A DNA stretch of 64,000 nucleotides, from assembly GCA_031290155.1 (NCBI GenBank), contig JAITOB010000008.1, positions 14,603-78,602 on the forward strand, given 5' to 3'. The position numbers and the translations under genes were made by a program. The notes under the pieces are model-generated. The model did no database searches. It was not told the origin of the DNA and saw only the letters and a program-made list of their open reading frames with translations. Each line of letters opens with the position of its first letter. Positions within the stretch are counted from its first letter, which is position 1. Origin of the DNA: Endomicrobium sp. Lineage in GTDB: Bacteria; Elusimicrobiota; Endomicrobiia; Endomicrobiales; Endomicrobiaceae. This document shows, piece by piece, positions 10,440 through 20,302 of this stretch.

Positions 10440-11015
10440 ATCATAAAAAATTTCAAAATTATTAAATTCATATTTAATAATTTTGAAATTTTAAAAACGG
10501 CTTTAACTCATAAATCCTATGCAGCTGAAACTGGCATAAAAGATTATAACGAGCGAAGGGAAATTATCTAAGATTAAAGCGCAGAATTGTTTCATCGTCT
10601 AATTTAAGCGGCTGGGCTAAAGAGATAGGCTTAGGCAGTTATATATTGTTAGGAGAAGGTGAGAACACAAAAGAAGCGGGAGAGAGGAAGAGTTTGCTGT
10701 GTGATGTCTTTGAAGCTGTTACTGGAGGAATATATTTAGACGACGGGTTTGAAAATGCAAAAAAATTTATTTTAAAATTTTTTTAAAAAAGAAATAATAG
10801 TTACAGACTATAAAAGTAATTTACATGAAATTGTTCAGTCTGTCTATGGAGAGATTTCCGAATATAGAATAATAAGAGAATTTGGCCTGGCCATAATAAA
10901 AAATTTGATGTGTTGTATATAAACAGTAAATTTTCGGTACAGGCACAGGCAATTCAAAAAAGGAAGCCCGGCGGTCCGCTGCTAGACAAGCGATCAAAAA
11001 TATAAATCATCTAGC
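10440..11015 (+). pseudogene. rnc: Ribonuclease III pseudogene
   Basis: Fragments 'ALTHKSY', 'NER' joined directly to 'EGKLSKIKA', 'DVFEAVTGGIYLDDG', 'DYKSNLHE' and 'GTGNSKKEA'. Frameshifts and an internal deletion; canonical position after fabF. Confidence 0.9.
10447..10492. repeat. Perfect 21-bp inverted repeat with a 4-nt loop
   Basis: aaaatttcaaaattattaaat - tcat - atttaataattttgaaatttt. Confidence 0.9.
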
Positions 11016-11042
11016 GGATTTTATTACTAAAAGAGGAGTTTT

Positions 11043-12212
11043 ATGGTAATGGATTATATGTTATCCGAAGAAGAGAAAATAATAATTGAAACCGCAAGAA
11101 CTATTGCGGTTGAGAAAGTAAAACCAATAAGAGAACAATATGATGAAGAAGAAAGATTTCCTTGGGAAATTATGAAAGAATTTGCTCAGGCTGATTTGTG
11201 CGGAGTGTATATTCCTGAAGAATACGGCGGTTTTGGCAAAGGTATTATGGGACTTGTACTCGTCGTTGAAGAACTTTGTAAAATTGATGGAGCAATTGCT
11301 TTGTCTCTTGCTGCAACAGCTCTAGGGACTCTGCCTATTCTTACAACTGGCAGTGAACAACATAAGAAAAAATATTTGCCTGGTATTGCATCCGGTAAAA
11401 ATCTAGCTGCTTTCGGTTTAACTGAAGCAGGGGCAGGTTCAGATGCTACTGGTATGACTACAACTGCAGTTAAAGACGGCGATTATTATGTATTAAACGG
11501 AACAAAATGTTTTATAACTAACGGCGGAGAAGCCCAGGTATATACCATTTTTGCAAAAACAAATCCTGCCAGAGGAGCAAGAGGAATTTCGTGCTTTATA
11601 ATAGAAAAAGGTACTTCTGGTTTTGATTTCGGTAAAAAAGAAAAAAAGATGGGTATTAAAGCGTCTTCTACAAGAGAGCTTGTATTTAATAATTGTAGGA
11701 TACATAAAGACCAGCTGCTCGGGAAAGAGGGACACGGCTTAATGATAGCTCAGGCTACGTTGGACAATTCTCGTCCCGGTGTTGCAGCTCAGGCGCTTGG
11801 AATTGCAGCGGGAGCTTTAGATGAAGCTGTTGAATACGCAAGAAAAAGAGTTCAGTTTGGACAGCCGATAGCTTCTTTTCAGGCAATACGGCATATGCTT
11901 GCAGATATGGCAACTGAAGTTGAAGCTGCAAGAGCATTACTTTATGCTTCTGCAAGAATGATTGACTCTGGCGGTGAAAAACGTACAAGTAAAGAATCTG
12001 CAATGGCAAAACTTTTCTGCTCGGAAGCGGCAATGAAAGTTACTACAAAAGCGGTACAGATATTCGGCGGATACGGGTATATGAGAGAATATCCTGTAGA
12101 AAAAATGATGAGAGATGCAAAAATAACTACTCTCTATGAAGGGACGAGCCAGATTCAAAAAAATGAAATTGCTCTTAATCTTATCAAAGAGTCGGCAGCA
12201 AGATCTAAATAA
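11043..12212 (+). CDS. Acyl-CoA dehydrogenase (Bcd/CarC-like)
   Basis: FGLTEAGAGSDA, NGTKCFITNG, KMGIK, RVQFG, QIFGGYGY and YEGTSQIQ. Confidence 0.93.
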   Translation: MVMDYMLSEEEKIIIETARTIAVEKVKPIREQYDEEERFPWEIMKEFAQADLCGVYIPEEYGGFGKGIMGLVLVVEELCKIDGAIALSLAATALGTLPILTTGSEQHKKKYLPGIASGKNLAAFGLTEAGAGSDATGMTTTAVKDGDYYVLNGTKCFITNGGEAQVYTIFAKTNPARGARGISCFIIEKGTSGFDFGKKEKKMGIKASSTRELVFNNCRIHKDQLLGKEGHGLMIAQATLDNSRPGVAAQALGIAAGALDEAVEYARKRVQFGQPIASFQAIRHMLADMATEVEAARALLYASARMIDSGGEKRTSKESAMAKLFCSEAAMKVTTKAVQIFGGYGYMREYPVEKMMRDAKITTLYEGTSQIQKNEIALNLIKESAARSK

Positions 12213-12389
12213 CTTTTATTTTTTGAATCTATATTATAAGTGTGTCCTGACTCATTTATTTTTTTCATGTAAATACTTTGCTACAATGCCCCCCCTAAAC
12301 CCAAATTATTTTTCAAAATAATTTTGTGTACTGTTGTTATAAAATTATATTTAAAAAAACGTTTAAAAAATAAGGAAGTGTTTAAAAAT

Positions 12390-13172
12390 ATGAATATTAT
12401 TGTATGTATTAAGCAAGTGCCTAACACAACAAATGTTCAAATTGATTATGAAACAGGAAGGCTTAAAAGAGAGGGAGTAGAATCTATAATTAATCCTTTT
12501 GATGAATACGCTATAGAAGAAGGGGTAAGGATTAAAGAAAGCGGCGGGAAAGTTACAGTTATTACAATGGGGCCTCCGCAAGCAGAGTCTGTTTTAAGAG
12601 AAGCTATTTCAAAAGGGGCGGACGAAGCTGTTTTAGTAAGTGATAAAGCTTTTGGAGGCGCAGATACTTTGGCAACTGCTTATACTTTATCCTTAGCAAT
12701 AAAATCTATTGGCAATTATCATATCATTATTTGCGGAAAACAAGCATCGGACGGTGATACCGGACAGGTCGGACCGGGAATTGCAGAAATGCTTAGCATA
12801 CCGCATATATCTTATGTAAAAAAAATAGAATCAATAGATGACAAATTAATAAAAGTTGAAAGAATGATGGAAGACGGCTATGATTTGATAGAAAGTCCAA
12901 TTCCAGTTCTTTTAACAGTGGTTAAAGAAATAAATGTACCTAGAATTGCGTCTCTTAAAGGTAAATTGACTGCAAAAAAAGCTGTTATTAAAATTCTTGA
13001 TGCCAAAACTATAGATGCCGATATCACAAAAATAGGTCTTAACGGATCTCCTACGCATGTTATGAAAATATTTGTGCCGCCAAAGAGAACCGGCGGAGAA
13101 AAATTTAACGGCACAGCGCAGGAAGCTGCCGCTTCTTTAGTTAAAAAATTGGTAGACACAGGGATTATATAA
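12390..13172 (+). CDS. etfB: Electron transfer flavoprotein beta subunit
   Basis: IVCIKQVP, NPFD, GADTLAT and GKQASDGDTGQV. Confidence 0.95.
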   Translation: MNIIVCIKQVPNTTNVQIDYETGRLKREGVESIINPFDEYAIEEGVRIKESGGKVTVITMGPPQAESVLREAISKGADEAVLVSDKAFGGADTLATAYTLSLAIKSIGNYHIIICGKQASDGDTGQVGPGIAEMLSIPHISYVKKIESIDDKLIKVERMMEDGYDLIESPIPVLLTVVKEINVPRIASLKGKLTAKKAVIKILDAKTIDADITKIGLNGSPTHVMKIFVPPKRTGGEKFNGTAQEAAASLVKKLVDTGII

Positions 13173-13262
13173 AAATAAAGCAAAGAGTATTTGACATTTA
13201 GAGATTTTTAGTAAAATTATTTTACTGTTACAACGATGAATTTTATTTGAGGGTTATTTGAA

Positions 13263-14492
13263 GTGGCAAATAATATGAAAGTATTGGCTGATAAATGCGT
13301 TGGATGTAAAATGTGTGAAAATACATGCCCTTTCGGTGCAATTTCAATTGTTGAGAGACCGGAACATCCTAAAAAATTTAAATTTGCAGTTATAGATTTA
13401 AATAGGTGTACATATTGCGGAGCTTGTATACAAGCTTGCAAATTTAATGCTTTGGAACTTAAAAAAGATCCGCCACAGACTGGGATTAATAAAAATTTAT
13501 ACAGAGGCGTATGGGTTTATGCAGAGCAAAGACACGGTGATATAGCTAATGTAGTGTATGAACTTTTAAATGAGGGGAAAAGTCTTGCAAAAAAACTGGA
13601 GACTTCTCTAAGCGCGGTTTTAATAGGCGATAATGTTAAATCAAAAATTCAAGGTTTAATAAATAGAGGCGCAGATAAGGTGTATGTTTGCGATGATCCT
13701 ATTTTTGTTGAGTTTCAGGATGATTCTTACAGCGATGTTTTAATGCAGCTTATAGAAAGTGAGAAACCTGAAATTATTCTTATGGGGGCTACAAATATAG
13801 GCCGCTCATTTGCTTCAAGAGTCGCGGCAAAAGTTAATACGGGGCTTACGGCAGATTGTATTTTTTTAGAAGTAGATATTGAAACAAGGAATCTGCTTCA
13901 GACAAGGCCGGCGTTTGGCGGGAACATTATGGCAACTATTTTAACGCCAAATCATCGTCCACAAATAGCTACGGTAAGACATAAAGTTTTTAAAGGGGCA
14001 AAAATTACAGAAGGTAGAAAAGGTGAGATTGTAGAATATAAACCCGATGTGCGAACTTTGCTAAATAGAACAAGATTTTTGGGGTTTATAAAAGATATAA
14101 ACACTGTTATAAATATTGCTGATGCGGATGTTATTGTATCAGGAGGCAGAGGGCTAGGAGGTTCGGAAGGTTTTAAACTTATTAAAGAGCTTGCGCAGAT
14201 ACTTGACGGAGCAGTAGGAGCTTCAAGAGCCACAGTTGATGCCGATTGGATTTCTTATTCGCATCAGATAGGGCAGACAGGTAAGACAGTTGCTCCAAAA
14301 GTTTATATTGCCTGTGGAATTTCTGGTCAAATCCATCATATGGTAGGTATGAATTCTTCTGATATTATTATTGCAATAAATAAAGATGCGGCATGCCCTA
14401 TGATGCAGTCTGCAACTTATGCTTTGGAAGGAGATTTGTATGAAATTGTCCCCAGTATAATAAAAGAAATAAAATCTTTAAGATGTTGTTAA
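13263..14492 (+). CDS. etfA: Electron transfer flavoprotein alpha subunit with N-terminal 2x[4Fe-4S] ferredoxin domain
   Basis: CVGCKMCENTCP and CTYCGACIQAC, then GLTADC, RPAFGG, SGGRG, QIGQTGK and GISGQIHH. Confidence 0.95.
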   Translation: MANNMKVLADKCVGCKMCENTCPFGAISIVERPEHPKKFKFAVIDLNRCTYCGACIQACKFNALELKKDPPQTGINKNLYRGVWVYAEQRHGDIANVVYELLNEGKSLAKKLETSLSAVLIGDNVKSKIQGLINRGADKVYVCDDPIFVEFQDDSYSDVLMQLIESEKPEIILMGATNIGRSFASRVAAKVNTGLTADCIFLEVDIETRNLLQTRPAFGGNIMATILTPNHRPQIATVRHKVFKGAKITEGRKGEIVEYKPDVRTLLNRTRFLGFIKDINTVINIADADVIVSGGRGLGGSEGFKLIKELAQILDGAVGASRATVDADWISYSHQIGQTGKTVAPKVYIACGISGQIHHMVGMNSSDIIIAINKDAACPMMQSATYALEGDLYEIVPSIIKEIKSLRCC

Positions 14493-14935
14493 TTAATATT
14501 CGCAGTATAAAAGTTTTTTATTATTGTTGTAAAGGAGTGAGATTATAGGGTATTCCGTTGGCGTAAAGAACTCGGTTACGGGTTTTCGTGAGACTGCGAT
14601 AGTGTCAAGGATGTGTTTAGTGGAGTAAAGAAGCAAAGATGACACCTACAGTTGATAGCAATAATTGTGTTGAATGCAATTGTGTCTTATAGTTGTCTTG
14701 CCGTATCCGGGGAAGGTTTTGAAGAATTAGTTAATTCAATAAATAGTGAGATTATTAAAATAAAAAAAAGTTAACATTACAGGTACTTCATATTTGTGCA
14801 GGTATATTATTTCGCAGTTTTCTATATATTCCAATCCAAATATTCCTGCGATATGCTTTTTAATTAATAAAAATATTATACAGAGACTAAATCTCGGGTT
14901 AATGAAGCTAACAGCGGTGTTGGCGTACGAAAAAA

Positions 14936-15700
14936 ATGGCAGATTTTAATGAAATGCTAGAATTTAGAGATATTGTAATTAAAAGCGCGGCTGTAGCAAG
15001 CAGTGAAAAAAAAGAAACATTTGACAGATATGTAAATTTCTTTCTTGAAAGACTTGTTTATGTATGTGCATTTTTTAAAAATAAAATAATCGTATATCCA
15101 CAACTATTTTCTCAAATGATGATAAACATTATTGAACGATATAATTTAAATATTCGTTGGTTGCCTTATAATTTTATAGTAGCAATATATTAGATATATA
15201 ATGAAGAAATAATATCGCTTTTAAAAACAACAGCTTTAAAAATTATTTTTTTGTAGCAGATAAATATGGTAAATATATCTACAAAAATGTTGGAATTTTA
15301 GAAATTGCCAGCGCAGGGTCATATGTTGTTGATCCAAAAGTTTGGGAATTGTTGTTAAAAGTTATGGAAAGCAGAGGAAATCGTTGAAAAAGAATATATG
15401 GGGAACTACATATCTTTCAGTAAGATATCCGTTAATAATACAAAATGGAGTTAAAGGAGTAATAAGGACTTGGGTTGATATTTGCAAATTAAAAAAGTGT
15501 ATAACAGTTAAAATTTGGAAATAAGCTGTATAAAAATAATAAAATTCATTGATATTCGTTCGCCATTAGTTGCTTTGTCTATGCTTATTAAATCCTGTAA
15601 AAATCTATCAATAAGGGAAAATAAGTTATTAAAAATAACATAACAAACATAGAGCGTATTGCAGATGATTTACTTAAAGAAATAACAATGTAAATATATT
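14936..15700 (+). pseudogene. PAS-domain sensor histidine kinase remnant
   Basis: Broken frames: 'FFVADKYGKYIYKN' and 'YLSVRYPL...GVKGVI..VDI' (PAS/PAC), then 'DIRSPLVAL...IERIADDLLK' (HisKA). Confidence 0.6.
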
Positions 15701-15983
15701 AAAATATACATAAATGATATTCCTGTACCTTTTTGGAATAAAAAATAACATACAACACAAAAATAATATAAAAGCTGCTTAAATTATATCATTATAAGCT
15801 GGTGTTATTTGTAAAATCGATTGGATAATTGTGCAAGATTTCTAAAAAAGAAGAAAATAAATTTAAGCAGGAATATTATGAAGGTCTGATAGTAATTATT
15901 AAACAGGATAACCGTATGTTTATATTACTATAAAGCGGCATGTTTAAATGATATTGGATTTTGTTATAAAAGGGAGCCTGAAA

Positions 15984-18611
15984 ATGCCAAAAACAAAAGA
16001 GAAGTATCTGAACAATTTTGAAACATTTGTAGTTGATAGTCTCAAAACTTTAAAATTGCTTATTCAGCGTGTGAAAGAGGCACAAACTATCTATTCAACG
16101 TTTAGTCAGGGGCAAATTGATTTTGTTTTTAAAGCTGCAGCAGTTGCAGCCAACCGTGCAAGAATTTCGCTTGCTAAAATGGCTGTTGAAGAAACGGATA
16201 TGGGTATCGTTGAAGATAAAATTATTAAAAATCATTTTGCTTCCGAGTATATTTATAATAAGCACAAAAATGCAAAAACATGCGGAATTATCAGCGAAGA
16301 TAAGTCAAACGGGATTAAAATTCTTGCTGACCCCATAGGTGTTATTGCTGGTATAATTCCTATGACAAATCCTACGTCTACTGCAATTTTTAAGTCATTA
16401 ATTTCTTTAAAAACAAGAAATGGCATAATTTTTTCTCCTCATCCCAGAGCTAAAAAATCTACGATAGCGGCGGCTAAGATTGTACTCGACGCGGCTATTA
16501 AAGCCGGTGCTCCGGCGGATATAATAGGCTGGATTGACGTTCCATCATTGGAATTGACTAATTTTCTTATGACGCATAAAGATATAGCTACAATTCTTGC
16601 AACAGGCGGACACGGAATGGTAAAAGCGGCTTATTCTTCGGGGAAACCTGCTCTCGGCGTGGGTGCAGGGAATACTCCTGCTATAATTGATGAAACTGCT
16701 GATATTCAAATGGCGGTTTCTTCAATTCTTATATCAAAAACTTTTGATAATGGGATGATTTGCGCATCCGAGCAGTCAATAATAATAGTTAATGATATTT
16801 ATGATGCGGTTCTTAAAGAATTGAAACTTCGCGGAACGCATATTTTGAGTAAACAGGAAAAAGCAAAGATAGCAGATACAATAATCATTGACGGTAAACT
16901 TAATGCTTCAATTGTTGGTCAGAATGCCTGTAAAATAGCTAATGTGGCAGGAGTTAAAGTACCTTTGGATACTAAAGTTATTGCGGGCGAAGTTTATAAA
17001 ATAGGTGTAGAAGAAGCATTTTCATATGAAAAATTATCGCCGATAATTGCGATTTATAGAGCTAAAAATTTTGAAGATGCAGTTGAAAAAGCTTATCAGC
17101 TTGTAGAATTTGGCGGTGGTGGCCACACTTCAGTGCTTTATACTGATGAAAGAAAGCAAGATAGAATTAATATGTTTGCAAATAAATTACATACCGGGCG
17201 GATTCTAATTAATACCCCATCGTCACAGGGAGCAATCGGCGATTTGTACAATTTTAAATTAGAGCCGTCATTGACGCTTGGATGTGGTTCTTGGGGGGGG
17301 AATTCTGTGAGTGAAAACATTGGCGTAAAACATTTGTTAAACTATAAAACAGTTGCGGCAAGACGAGAGAATATGCTTTGGTTTAAAGTTCCTTCAAAAA
17401 TTTATTTTAAAAGAGGAGCTACAGATTTAGCGTTGCGTGAGTTGCAAGGTAAAAAGCGTGCGTTTATAATTACTGATAGATTCTTATTTGATTCGGGCGC
17501 AATTTATAATATTATAAAAGTATTGGAAGAAATTAATATAGATTATCAGATATTTTTTGATGTTGAGCCTGACCCAGCAATTTCAACAATAAATGAAGCG
17601 TTATTAATGCTTAGAACTTATGAACCTGATATTATCATTGCGTTTGGAGGAGGTTCTCCGATTGATGCAGCAAAAATTATGTGGCTGATGTATGAGTATC
17701 CTGAAACTAATTTTGAAGATATTGCTATGAGGTTTATGGATATAAGAAAAAGAATATGTGAAATTCCCAAATTAGGCAAAAAGGTGCAATTGATTGCAAT
17801 CCCAACTACTTCCGGCACAGGGTCTGAAGTAACCCCTTTTGCAGTAATTACTGGTGGAAATGCACATATCAAATACCCTATTGCAGATTACGAACTAACC
17901 CCGAGCATGGCAATTATCGATCCTAATTTTGTTGATTCTATGCCAAAAGGATTGTGCGCAGCGTCTGGTATTGACGCTTTAACTCATGCCATTGAGGCTT
18001 ATGTGTCTGTACTTTCTACAAATTTTACAAATTCTCCTGCATTAGAGGCGGCGAAATTGATATTTAGATATCTTCCGCGCTCTTACGCTGGAGGCAAAGA
18101 AGATCCTATTGCAAGAGAAAAAATTCATTATGCTTCTACTCTTGCCGGTATGGCTTTTGCTAATGCATTTTTAGGTTTGTGTCATTCGATGGCGCATAAA
18201 CTTGGCCCAGCGTTTAAAATACCTCATGGTATTGCAAACGCTTTGCTTATTAATCAAGTAATTTGCTACAATGCCACAGATTGTCCAAGAAAACAAGCCG
18301 TATTTCCTCAGTATAAATTTCCAAATGCTAAAGCAAAATATGGACAGATTGCAGATGAATTAGGTTTTGGCGGCAAAAATGACGATGAAAAAGTCAATCT
18401 GTTAATTAATGCTATAACACAGTTAAAAAAAGACCTTCAAATTCCTCTTTCAATAAAAGATGCGGGAGTTTCTGAAAAAGATTTTTATAATAAGTTAGAC
18501 GAATTGGTTGAAATGGCATTTGATGATCAGTGCACAGGAGCAAACCCCGTATATCCGTTAATGGAAGATATTAAACAGATTTTAATTAAAGCTTATAAAG
18601 GAGAAATCTAA
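15984..18611 (+). CDS. adhE: Bifunctional acetaldehyde-CoA/alcohol dehydrogenase
   Basis: ALDH domain (PMTNPTST, DNGMICASEQ), linker LGCGSWGGNS, Fe-ADH domain (GGGSPID, DALTHAIE, HSMAH, PHG). ATG at 15984 follows GGGAG. Confidence 0.97.
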   Translation: MPKTKEKYLNNFETFVVDSLKTLKLLIQRVKEAQTIYSTFSQGQIDFVFKAAAVAANRARISLAKMAVEETDMGIVEDKIIKNHFASEYIYNKHKNAKTCGIISEDKSNGIKILADPIGVIAGIIPMTNPTSTAIFKSLISLKTRNGIIFSPHPRAKKSTIAAAKIVLDAAIKAGAPADIIGWIDVPSLELTNFLMTHKDIATILATGGHGMVKAAYSSGKPALGVGAGNTPAIIDETADIQMAVSSILISKTFDNGMICASEQSIIIVNDIYDAVLKELKLRGTHILSKQEKAKIADTIIIDGKLNASIVGQNACKIANVAGVKVPLDTKVIAGEVYKIGVEEAFSYEKLSPIIAIYRAKNFEDAVEKAYQLVEFGGGGHTSVLYTDERKQDRINMFANKLHTGRILINTPSSQGAIGDLYNFKLEPSLTLGCGSWGGNSVSENIGVKHLLNYKTVAARRENMLWFKVPSKIYFKRGATDLALRELQGKKRAFIITDRFLFDSGAIYNIIKVLEEINIDYQIFFDVEPDPAISTINEALLMLRTYEPDIIIAFGGGSPIDAAKIMWLMYEYPETNFEDIAMRFMDIRKRICEIPKLGKKVQLIAIPTTSGTGSEVTPFAVITGGNAHIKYPIADYELTPSMAIIDPNFVDSMPKGLCAASGIDALTHAIEAYVSVLSTNFTNSPALEAAKLIFRYLPRSYAGGKEDPIAREKIHYASTLAGMAFANAFLGLCHSMAHKLGPAFKIPHGIANALLINQVICYNATDCPRKQAVFPQYKFPNAKAKYGQIADELGFGGKNDDEKVNLLINAITQLKKDLQIPLSIKDAGVSEKDFYNKLDELVEMAFDDQCTGANPVYPLMEDIKQILIKAYKGEI

Positions 18612-18694
18612 ATAATTCTCGAATATTTTTTATTTTATAGATTTGTAAAAATGAAAAATTGCGTAAAATAAAAATATAGGAACGAGATTAGAAT

Positions 18695-20130
18695 ATGAAA
18701 AATGCTAATCAAGAAATACCTTTAAAAAAGAAATTCTAAAAAGAATTATAAAAGCGTTTTTTTCTGATAATTTTAAAGAAAATACAAGGCTTATATCGTT
18801 TGACATGCGGCCTAAAGGTTCTGATGTTTTATACCGGTGTTGTATTTATAAAGAGCGTGTGATTCTTAAAGATCGAATTATAACGGGTTTAGGATTTCCT
18901 ATAGAAGGTGACGATGAAACAGTTGATTTGTCAAAATATGCGTAAAAGTTCTCGTAAAAAACCTGAGAATAATCCTCTTACGGTTGTTAAAACTGCCTGT
19001 AAAGGTTGTGTGCCAACAGAATATATGTAACCGATTTGTGTCAAGGATGTGTGTCAAAGCCGTGTTTAAATGTTTGTAAATTTGAGGCAATAAGAATAGT
19101 TAACGGAAAATTTGCAATTGACGGCAGCAAATGTAAAAGCTGTAAAATGTGTATTCTTGCATGTCCGTATAATGCTATTGTTAAAATAGCCGTGTCTTGT
19201 GAAGACGCTTGTCCTGTTGGCGCAATTAAAAAAAGCAAGCGCTAATGCAAAATAGATTATAATATTTGTATATACTGCGGTAAATGCGTAATGAGCTGTT
19301 CGTTTGGAGCTGTTCATGAAAAAAGCCAGACAATTGATGTTTTAAAGAATATTGTTTCAGGGGAAAAAGTTATTGCTTTAATTGCTCCGTCAATTGTAGG
19401 ACAATTTCAAGGAAGTGTTTATCAGTTTAAGTCTGCACAATGATAAAAGCCTGTTTTTCGGATGTGTATGAGGTTGCACAAGGTGCTGATCAACCACAAG
19501 ACATAAAGCGATAGAATTTGAGGAAGGGATAAACTCAGGTGCGCTTTTTGTGACGACTTCCTGTTGTGCGAGCTACAATCAGTTTATAAAAACGCATTTG
19601 CCTGAAATAAAAACATTTGTATCAAGTACGCAAACCCCTCTTTACTATATTGCACAAAAAGTTAAAAATAAAAATCCTGATGCTACAACTGTTTTTATAA
19701 GCCCTTGCGTTGCAAAAAAATTGAAGCGTACAGCCAATAACAATATTAATTATGTAATAAATTACGAAGAACTCGGAGCATTGTTTATCGTAAAAAACAT
19801 TAATATACAGGATTGTGAGGAAAAATTTGATATTGAAAGTTCAATACAAGGACGCGGTTTTGGCGTTACGGGCGGAGTAGCAGGCGCCGTGGCGAAAATT
19901 CTTGAAAGTAAAGATTTAGTAAAATCATGTATGATTAACGGTTTAAATAAAGAAACAGTAAAACAGTTGAAAAATACCTCGCGAGCAAAAAGTGTACAGG
20001 AGGCAATCTAGTTGAAGTAATGGGCTGTGAAGGAGGCTGCATCTGCGGTAATGCAACCGTTTTGTATACCGCAAATTTCTAAAAAGCCATAAAAATTTTA
20101 TTGGAACGAAGTAAAAATATAATTGAATAA
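18695..20130 (+). pseudogene. Monomeric [FeFe]-hydrogenase (group B-like) pseudogene
   Basis: YRCCIYKER, several ferredoxin CxxCxxCxxxCP motifs, and H-cluster motifs TSCCASY, ISPCVAK and EVMGCEGGCICG spread over at least five frames. Confidence 0.88.
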
Positions 20131-20302
20131 TTGTTTTAAATAAGAAAAATAAAATAGTTTTTTATTGTAGGATTGATTCTAAATTAGTTGTATTTTATAG
20201 TACGATATGAGATTTTTAAACAGTTTGCGCTTTGTAAAAGCGTATGTCGGGCTGGATTTTAGGGATTATTTTGTTAGTTTAGCGATCTATCTTGGAGGGT
20301 AT

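Noticed and set aside
12303-12324. 10-bp inverted repeat upstream of etfB
   Set aside because: The arms are all A/T with a 2-nt loop, which is expected by chance at this composition.
13191-13217. Internal promoter before etfA (TTGACA...TAAAAT)
   Set aside because: The spacer is only 15 nt.
14520-14930. Possible ncRNA or ferredoxin/GTPase remnant after etfA
   Set aside because: Fragments such as 'PTVDSNNCVECNC' and 'AVSGEGFEELV' are too short to assign, and no RNA motif was recognised.
18615-18690. Imperfect AT-rich inverted repeat after adhE
   Set aside because: Low complexity and no clear terminator geometry.
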